Source of the DNA: an uncultured Muribaculaceae bacterium
GTDB lineage: Bacteria; Bacteroidota; Bacteroidia; Bacteroidales; Muribaculaceae
Length of the DNA: 64,000 nt
Assembly (NCBI GenBank): GCA_947627615.1
Contig: CANQWS010000005.1
Location: forward strand, 26,504-90,503
Direction of reading: 5' to 3'
The number at the start of each line of letters is the position of its first letter. Position 1 is the stretch's first letter. Position numbers and translations under genes: made by a program. A model generated the notes under the pieces. It searched no databases, was not told where the DNA came from, and was given only the letters and a program-made list of their open reading frames with translations. Shown piece by piece: positions 59,164-64,000 of this stretch.

Positions 59164-60246
59164 CTTCAGCGCCGCCGAAACGCGCCTGTAGGCCACCAGG
59201 CCCAGCAGCGGCAGCGCCGTCCCGGCCATGGAGTAGGCCACCCAGAACCAGTCGTCGCGGAAATCGTGGATCACCATGTGGCACCCTATCTGGCGCCAGT
59301 CAAGACCGTACCACAGAATCTTCACAGCGCTAACGGCCTTGAACGAGATGATGTGAAACACCAGAATGTAGAGCGTGTTATCGCCTATGAACACCAGCAG
59401 CCGTTTAAGCCATCCGCCGCGGTCCGCTATCACGCGCGCCGTCCAGTGCATCATCAGGAAACCGGCCGCTCCGGTCAGCGGCAGCGTCCACAGGTCCTGG
59501 TAACGTCCCGAGTTGTTCATGCCCGACCAGTGCAGCGACCCCGCCACGCATATCAGTGCCAGGCATATCAGCGCCACGGGCCAGCGTTGGCCGATCGAAG
59601 GCTCCCAGCGCCGGTAGATTACTCCGAGCGCGAAGAAAAACAGCCCCCACACCTCGCGCCATCCGCCGCCGGGCAGCGGATGGATGCGGTACCCGAAATA
59701 GATGTGCGCGAAAGTGAACGTGACCGCCCCCAGGGCTATCAGCCCGGCAATGTGCCACGGCTCAAGATTCCTGTTGCGGCCCTCGATGAGGCGGTAGAAC
59801 ACCAGAAACAGTATGCTCGCCACAAGAAGCCCCCTGAAAAACCAGAACGCTCCGGCCATGAACTCGTCGTAGCCCGACATGGTGGTGAAAATCTGCACCA
59901 CCCTCCCGGCGGCCTCCTTGAGAGTGTAGGGGTGGGTCACTCCGCCTGTCCAGTTGCCGAAAGTCTCGTTCAGCAGCCCGGTCTGGTGGAAAAGATTGTG
60001 GAGAAGCAGCCAAACGAGGCTCCACTTCACCATGGGTATGTAAAGCCCCCGGAAGCGCCGGTGGCAGAAATCCCAGGGATTGTCGGCGTCCTTGCGCCCG
60101 AAAAAATATCCCGCCGTGATGAAGAACACCGGCATGTGAAACGTGTACAGACACGAGGTCAGCAGACCCGGATACTCGGTGTGGCCTATCACCATCAGGA
60201 TTATCGCCACGGCCTTGACTATTGAAATGGAGTTGTCGCGTGCCAT
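59119..60246 (-). CDS. Acyltransferase family 3 (AT3) membrane O-acyltransferase
   Basis: KAVAIILMVIGH, FHMPVFFITAGY, FWFF, NTLYILVFH; about 10 TM; convergent 45-nt overlap with the kinase. Confidence 0.9.
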   Translation of the reverse strand: MARDNSISIVKAVAIILMVIGHTEYPGLLTSCLYTFHMPVFFITAGYFFGRKDADNPWDFCHRRFRGLYIPMVKWSLVWLLLHNLFHQTGLLNETFGNWTGGVTHPYTLKEAAGRVVQIFTTMSGYDEFMAGAFWFFRGLLVASILFLVFYRLIEGRNRNLEPWHIAGLIALGAVTFTFAHIYFGYRIHPLPGGGWREVWGLFFFALGVIYRRWEPSIGQRWPVALICLALICVAGSLHWSGMNNSGRYQDLWTLPLTGAAGFLMMHWTARVIADRGGWLKRLLVFIGDNTLYILVFHIISFKAVSAVKILWYGLDWRQIGCHMVIHDFRDDWFWVAYSMAGTALPLLGLVAYRRVSAALKSVFEARASQELAEQ

Positions 60247-60248
60247 TT

Positions 60249-60292
60249 TTCTGTTTCTTCTATATATTAATTCTGTTTCTTCTATATATTAA
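60249..60292. repeat. Perfect 22-bp tandem duplication just upstream of the AT3 start codon
   Basis: ttctgtttcttctatatattaa at 60249-60270 and 60271-60292. Confidence 0.9.
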
Positions 60293-60509
60293 TATGGTGT
60301 GGAGCCTTGTTAAAAAGTTTTCACATACGCGGCACATTTTTCGCGCCGCAAAAATGCGCCGCCGGCGGCCGATTCCTCATTTTACACGGATAGCATAGCT
60401 TTTTGGCAAAAGTGAAAACAAATTAACATAAAAAGATGCAAAGAATGCGAAATCGCCCTCGGTTAACACTGTTTAACTTTTGCAGCGCGGTTTATACCCT
60501 AACATTGTT

Positions 60510-60517
60510 TACTTTTG
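60510..60517 (+). promoter_or_regulatory. -7 element (TACTTTTG) for the susC/susD locus
   Basis: Exact TAnnTTTG about 245 nt upstream of susC. Confidence 0.6.
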
Positions 60518-60761
60518 TACACTAATAATAATCTATGCCATGATGTGCGCATAAATGCTATGTTAGTGAAAAGAACTGAAAATAACCGTTTTTATTGTCT
60601 CAGAACCTAAAAAATTACCATTAAACACGAAGCCCGCCGGATGTCAAGGCATTGGCATCAGTCTGATTCTCCGGCTCTTCATAATCAAAATATCTAACCG
60701 AATTACAATCAATCCAAATAACCTTAATATTTATTAAACTCAACCAATTTTAATCATCATT

Positions 60762-63700
60762 ATGAAGTCAAAGGTAACAAGCATTTTATTGTTCTTGTTG
60801 GTCTTTCCTCTGATGGCGGCTTTCGGCGCAACGCCGATAACCGTGACCGGTAATGTGACCGACGTGACAGGAGAACCATTGACAGGTGTGTCCGTGATAG
60901 TAGTTGGAAGTACCATGGGTACATCCACTGATATCGACGGTAATTTCAGTCTCAAGGCCGAAATCGGCAGCACACTGAAGTTTTCCTACATCGGCTACCG
61001 TCCGGTAGAGATGAAGGTCAGCAACAGCAATCCTATCAATCTTGTGATGGAAGAAGACACCCAGGTCCTCGACGAAGTTGTCGTAACAGCCCTCGGTATC
61101 AAGCGTGAAGAAAAAGCGCTGGCCTACAACGTTCAGACCGTCAAAGGCGACGCTTTCACAGCTAACAAGGACGCTAACTTCATCAACTCCCTTAACGGTA
61201 AGGTTGCCGGTGTGAACATCAGTTCCGGTTCTGCCGGTGCAGGTTCTGCCGCCCGTGTCATCATGCGTGGTACGAAATCTCTTACCGGTAACGATAACGC
61301 CCTCTACGTTATCGACGGTATCCCCATGTTCGACACCAACACCGGTTCTGAATCCGGTGGTACAATGTCAAAACAGCCCGGTTCAAGCGCCGTGGCCGAT
61401 ATCAACCCTGACGACATCGAATCAATGTCAGTCCTCACAGGTCCTTCGGCTGCCGCTCTTTATGGTTCTGACGCTGCTTCCGGTGTGATCCTCATCACAA
61501 CCAAGAAAGGTAAAGAAGGCAAAGCCACCCTTTCCTACAGCAACTCAACCACTTTCCACAAGGTTGCCAACCTCTATGATTTCCAGAACGTTTACGGAAA
61601 CGTTGCCGGCCAGTTCTCTTCATGGGGCGCCAAGCTTGCAACTCCCACTTCCTACGACCCCATGGATTTCTTCCAGACAGGCGTAACCGAAATCAACTCT
61701 CTTACTCTTACCGTCGGTACCGAGAAGAGCCAGACTTTCGCCTCTATGGCCGCCACCAACGCCCCCGGCGTTATGCCCGAGTCTGACTACAACCGTTACA
61801 ACTTCTCGATCCGCAACACCACCAACTTCCTGAACGATAAACTGACCCTGGACCTCGGTGCACAGTATATCATTCAGAACAACAAGAACTTCGTGGGCTC
61901 AGGTGAATACTTCAACCCCCTCGCAGCTCTTTACCTCTTCCCCCGTGGCGAGAACTTCGACGAAGTCCGCATGTTCGAGCGCTTCGACCCCTCACGTAAC
62001 ATCATGACCCAGTTCTGGGAGCAGAAATATCCCAACGCATTCACAATGCAGAACCCCTACTGGACTCAGAAACGCATGAACCGTGAAGCCCGCAAACAGC
62101 GCTACACCTTCAACGGCTCTCTGAAATATGACATCCTTCCCTGGTTGTACGTTATGGGACGTGTTCGCGTCGATAACTCCAACACCATCTACGAAGAGAA
62201 GTACTACGCTACCACCATCATGACCCTCGCAGGTTCTATCAAGGGTATGTATGGCAAGACCCAGACTTCTGACCGCACCACTTACGCCGACGTCATGGCA
62301 TCGATGAACAAGAGCTTCATCGAGGACCGTTTCAACGTCAACGCTCAGCTCGGTGCCTCTATCAACGACATGCTCTCAGAGGCTCAGCACTATGAAGGCG
62401 GTCTTGACAAAGTGCCTAACTTTTTCGCTTACGGTAACATCGACATGACCAAGTGCAAACGCGGCGACTCAAGCTGGCACGATCAGATCCAGTCAATGTT
62501 CGCCAGCGTCGAACTCGGCTGGGACCACACCTACTACCTGACTGTTACCGGCCGTAACGACTGGGCTTCAATGCTCGCGTTCACCGACAAGCAGAGCTAC
62601 TTCTACCCCTCAATCGGTGGTTCATGGCTCATCAGCGAGACTTTCAAGGATTCTCTTCCCTCATGGATCTCTTACCTGAAGATTCGCGGTTCATGGGCCG
62701 AAGTGGCTTCTTCACCCTCGCGTTACCTCACCCGTATGCAGTACGTCTACAACGACCAGACCAACCAGTACGAGTGGCCCTCGAAGCACTACAACCCCAA
62801 CCTCAAGCCCGAGAACACCAAATCTTACGAACTCGGTCTTAACGCCCGCTTCTTCAACAACACCGTCAACCTCGACGTGACCTACTACAACGCCAATACC
62901 TTCAACCAGACATTTGAAATCCCCGCTTCCGGTTCATCAGGTTACAAAACCAACCTCATCCAGACCGGTAACATCCGCAACCGCGGTGTCGAGGCTGCCC
63001 TCAGCTATCAGAACCAGTGGGGTGACTGGCGTTTCAACACCGGCGTGACCTACACTCTCAACAAGAACAAAGTCATCTCGCTTGCCAACGGCGCTATCGA
63101 CCCCGAAACCGGTCGTCCCATCGAAATGGAATACTTCGCCGCTACAAGCTGCCTCGGTATGGGCGGTGGCCCCGCTGTCCGTCTCTATGAAGGCGGCACA
63201 ATGGGTGACCTCTACTCCAACATGCGTCTCCGCCAGTCAGCCAACGGTTATGTATGGCGTGACCCCTCGACCGGCAAACTCGCTCTCGAAACCGTTGATT
63301 ACTTCAAGGTGGGTAACCTCCTTCCCGACTTCAACATGGGCTGGACCGGTTCACTCGGCTGGAAAGACATCAACCTCACATGGGCCGTTACAGGTCGCTT
63401 CGGCGGTAACGTGATCTCCGACACTCAGGCCGTTCTTGACCGCTACGGCGTTTCTCAGGCCACAGCCGACGCCCGCGCGGCAGGCGGTGTTGCAGTTCCC
63501 GGAAACGGCATGGTTGACGCTCAGAACTACTACGAGACAATCTCCCAGGCTCCCGGCACATACTACATCTACGATGCCACCAACGTGCGTCTGGCTGACC
63601 TCACCGTCTCCTACACACTCCCCCGCACCAAGCTCAACAACATTGCCGACCTCACTCTCAGCCTCACCGGCAAGAACCTCTGGATGATCTACTGCAAGGC

Positions 63701-63815
63701 TCCTTTCGACCCCGAAAGCACTTCATCAACAACCAACAACTTCTACCAGGGTGTTGACTACTTCCAGCAGCCCAATGTGCGCAGCTATGGTTTCAATGTT
63801 AAAGTAACCTTCTAA
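60762..63815 (+). CDS. susC: SusC/RagA TonB-dependent outer-membrane transporter
   Basis: Signal peptide, CarboxypepD-like N-domain (GTSTDIDGNFSL), plug (LDEVVVTALG, LYVIDG, DIESMSVL, GVILITTK), C-terminal aromatic F. Confidence 0.96.
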   Translation: MKSKVTSILLFLLVFPLMAAFGATPITVTGNVTDVTGEPLTGVSVIVVGSTMGTSTDIDGNFSLKAEIGSTLKFSYIGYRPVEMKVSNSNPINLVMEEDTQVLDEVVVTALGIKREEKALAYNVQTVKGDAFTANKDANFINSLNGKVAGVNISSGSAGAGSAARVIMRGTKSLTGNDNALYVIDGIPMFDTNTGSESGGTMSKQPGSSAVADINPDDIESMSVLTGPSAAALYGSDAASGVILITTKKGKEGKATLSYSNSTTFHKVANLYDFQNVYGNVAGQFSSWGAKLATPTSYDPMDFFQTGVTEINSLTLTVGTEKSQTFASMAATNAPGVMPESDYNRYNFSIRNTTNFLNDKLTLDLGAQYIIQNNKNFVGSGEYFNPLAALYLFPRGENFDEVRMFERFDPSRNIMTQFWEQKYPNAFTMQNPYWTQKRMNREARKQRYTFNGSLKYDILPWLYVMGRVRVDNSNTIYEEKYYATTIMTLAGSIKGMYGKTQTSDRTTYADVMASMNKSFIEDRFNVNAQLGASINDMLSEAQHYEGGLDKVPNFFAYGNIDMTKCKRGDSSWHDQIQSMFASVELGWDHTYYLTVTGRNDWASMLAFTDKQSYFYPSIGGSWLISETFKDSLPSWISYLKIRGSWAEVASSPSRYLTRMQYVYNDQTNQYEWPSKHYNPNLKPENTKSYELGLNARFFNNTVNLDVTYYNANTFNQTFEIPASGSSGYKTNLIQTGNIRNRGVEAALSYQNQWGDWRFNTGVTYTLNKNKVISLANGAIDPETGRPIEMEYFAATSCLGMGGGPAVRLYEGGTMGDLYSNMRLRQSANGYVWRDPSTGKLALETVDYFKVGNLLPDFNMGWTGSLGWKDINLTWAVTGRFGGNVISDTQAVLDRYGVSQATADARAAGGVAVPGNGMVDAQNYYETISQAPGTYYIYDATNVRLADLTVSYTLPRTKLNNIADLTLSLTGKNLWMIYCKAPFDPESTSSTTNNFYQGVDYFQQPNVRSYGFNVKVTF

Positions 63816-63841
63816 TATTTCTCTTACCATCATATAAAATT

Positions 63842-64000
63842 ATGAACACTAAATTCAATAAAATAGCAACCTTATTGGTTGGAGGTTCTCTGATGCTCGG
63901 AGCCATTGGCTGTACCGACAAGTTCGAGGACTTCAACACCGACCCCAAGGCTCCTACTCCCGAGCAGATGGAGGGCGACTTTGCCGCCACAGCGACTCTT
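63842..64000 (+). CDS. susD: SusD/RagB family lipoprotein, N-terminal fragment (runs off window)
   Basis: Translated by hand: MNTKFNKIATLLVGGSLMLGAIGCTDKFEDFNTDPKAP..., a lipobox Cys plus the typical CTD.F..N.DP start, directly after susC. Confidence 0.88.
   Translation, partial: MNTKFNKIATLLVGGSLMLGAIGCTDKFEDFNTDPKAPTPEQMEGDFAATATL

Overview
Core chromosome of a Bacteroidales bacterium (TAnnTTTG promoters, T9SS PorZ, SusC/SusD; the relatively high GC suggests Muribaculaceae, which is inference). About 65 CDSs, mostly housekeeping: gap, pdxA, pdxJ, rbfA, pyk, aroQ, aroK, recF, mscS, mscL, rnhA, rnpA, yidD, queG, nadK, exbB/exbD/tonB, cysS, lolD, uvrC, apt, mnmG, ybeY. No rRNA, tRNA, CRISPR array or transposase was seen. 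Main observations: (1) an inositol-lipid gene cluster (MIPS, NTP-transferase, CDP-alcohol phosphotransferase, HAD phosphatase, GtrA, acyltransferase) containing an uncharacterised ATP-grasp protein whose metal-binding motifs resemble ITPK1-type inositol-phosphate kinases; (2) a 313-bp MITE-like element with 33/34-bp terminal inverted repeats whose TTA target duplication is a gene's stop codon; (3) a self-contained operon of two paralogous lipoproteins and a membrane Ser/Thr kinase; (4) a pyruvate kinase lacking its C-terminal domain; (5) a flavinylation-motif/NapH-like membrane protein paired with an apparently exported nitroreductase; (6) a perfect parS palindrome next to mnmG; (7) three tandem NigD-like surface lipoproteins; (8) five genes whose ATG lies 6-8 nt after the promoter -7 element. 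All family assignments come from motif recognition by eye; no database searches were run.
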